Below, one piece after another: positions 62,475 through 64,000 of a stretch of 64,000 bases of DNA (position 1 is the first letter of the stretch; every line of letters begins with the position of its first letter). The notes below the pieces were generated by a model. It searched no databases, had not been told where the DNA came from, and saw only the letters and a program-made list of their open reading frames with translations. The stretch is from positions 100,690,001-100,754,000 of the forward strand of contig NC_058368.1 in NCBI RefSeq assembly GCF_018350175.1. The letters are read 5' to 3'. The translations under genes were made by a program, and so were the position numbers. Source of the DNA: Felis catus. Lineage: Eukaryota.

Positions 62475-64000
62475 ACTCATTCACTTTGGATTGGAACTAT
62501 GGGGTCCTCCTAACAGGCCAAATTATCTAAAACATTACAAATTTCTAAATATAGATTAATCCTTAACAAAAAATGTTTTAATGATAGGGATTATCTACTT
62601 CATTATTTCTACATTTAATTCTAAATCATCCCACGGGTAAACATACACCTGCCCACTCAAGCAACACTGTGGTGCAAATAAACATCCTTTGGGATTTGCT
62701 TTCTAGAGCAAAGTTGAGAAAATATGTTTCCATCCAGATGCAGTTGCATATCATCAAGAGTTGATCAGCAAGTCTAGAATCAGAGATACCCAGGAAAAAC
62801 TCTTCTCATAACCATGGGTGACAAGCTAAGCCTGCTTTTATGGGCACTATAACAAGAAAATTGGCTGTTGGTGCCTCAGTGGCAGCTAAAGGGGGAGTTT
62901 GGAATAACCTAGAAGAGAGAGGGGCCCAAACATTATGGTGGCAGGCAGAGGCTGGAGAGAAAGCTGTAGAAGAGATTTTATGTGAGGAAGGTAGCTGAGG
63001 AATTTGAGGACAGGAATGTCTAACATACTAAGCTGTAATTACCTTCTCTTATCTCCCAGCCTTCAGCAGAGGTCTGGTAGTCAGCCTCCTATTTGAAGCC
63101 CAGAAGTAGGACGAGTGGGATGGCCAAGAGTAGTGCAAGGAACATCGCGGCTCTCAAGGAGCAGACAGCGATGGGAGAAAATGCAGAAGCAGCCTGGGTG
63201 CTTCTCCCCAAGGCGGTCTTCTTAAAACGGCTCTGGGCTGCAGTGATGAGGGGCTTGGGCCATGTTATTTGGCTATTAAAGGAAAAGGTGACCCCAGAAG
63301 GACAGAAGGCTAGGAAGCTCAGGCAGCAGAGGCTTGCGTTAAAGGAGGACGTAGCCACCTGCTTTTTAAAGAAACTTCTACTCCAGAGAAGAAATGATGG
63401 GGTTATTTCCTACATTGCTCCTGAGAAGACCAAGTCATAGTGTATTTCATTTTGCTGAGTTACAGAATTTGACAGTTACATTCAGCTACTCAGCACCTCA
63501 GCAGCCAGAGAAGGCTTCCCAGATCCCCTTTTTCAACCAATGCTGATGAAAGAAGGTATCGTATCAGCCTTTCCTGTCATGAGGGAGGAAATGAATCATG
63601 TGACCGCTCTGGCACTTAAGACCTCTTGATTTGTGCCAGGAACTCCAAGGAATTTTGAATTTTGGTCAAAGTAAGCAGAATGTTTCGCTAATGTTTCCAT
63701 CAGGGTTGTTTGTTTATCTTCATAGCCCTCTGATATCACTTAACGATTTAAAAATAGTATTTTATGTGCAACTATGATTATGTGTCCCCAAACAACTGAT
63801 CTCTTTCAAGTGGCTACTTGGCCGTCACAAAGACACAAAATTTGGGCTTCGGTTCCCGCTTTCCATAATGATGGCGTAGCCCTTTGTATCGAAGTCAGGC
63901 CTTCTGGGTTTGGATCTTCGGGCCCCTAGGTGTACCCAGACAGTTTTGAGAAGTGCTATTAATATCCTACCTTTTATTTTCAACTTTGCCCAGGCGCGTT

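Noticed and set aside
1..64000. CRISPR arrays, operons or other prokaryotic systems
   Set aside because: The sequence is mammalian; no repeat-spacer array seen

Overview
Mammalian nuclear DNA, almost certainly from a cat-family (felid) genome, judged from roughly 55-60 tRNA-derived Can-SINE copies that include a near-identical young subfamily. The window is repeat-dense intronic or intergenic sequence, and I could not identify any intact host protein-coding exon. Most ORFs in the track are translations of SINE or L1 sequence. It contains two 5'-truncated L1s, old L1M/L2/MIR/MER5 relics, several solo LTRs and microsatellites. A CpG-containing promoter/enhancer-like cluster (NF-kB, ETS, CCAAT, ARE motifs) lies at ~12.3-13.0 kb. 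The standout is a ~480 bp poly(A)-tailed insertion at 52911-53408 (- strand), flanked by a decayed target-site duplication (TSD), that splits an LTR41-like ERVL LTR. Its frameshift-free, stop-interrupted reading frame aligns colinearly, by eye and against my recollection of the sequence, with a C-terminal-half segment of the bornavirus L polymerase. This makes it a candidate endogenous bornavirus-like L element (EBLL). The host LTR also carries an APOA4-like coding relic. Repeat family names and boundaries are by-eye and approximate; no database search was run.
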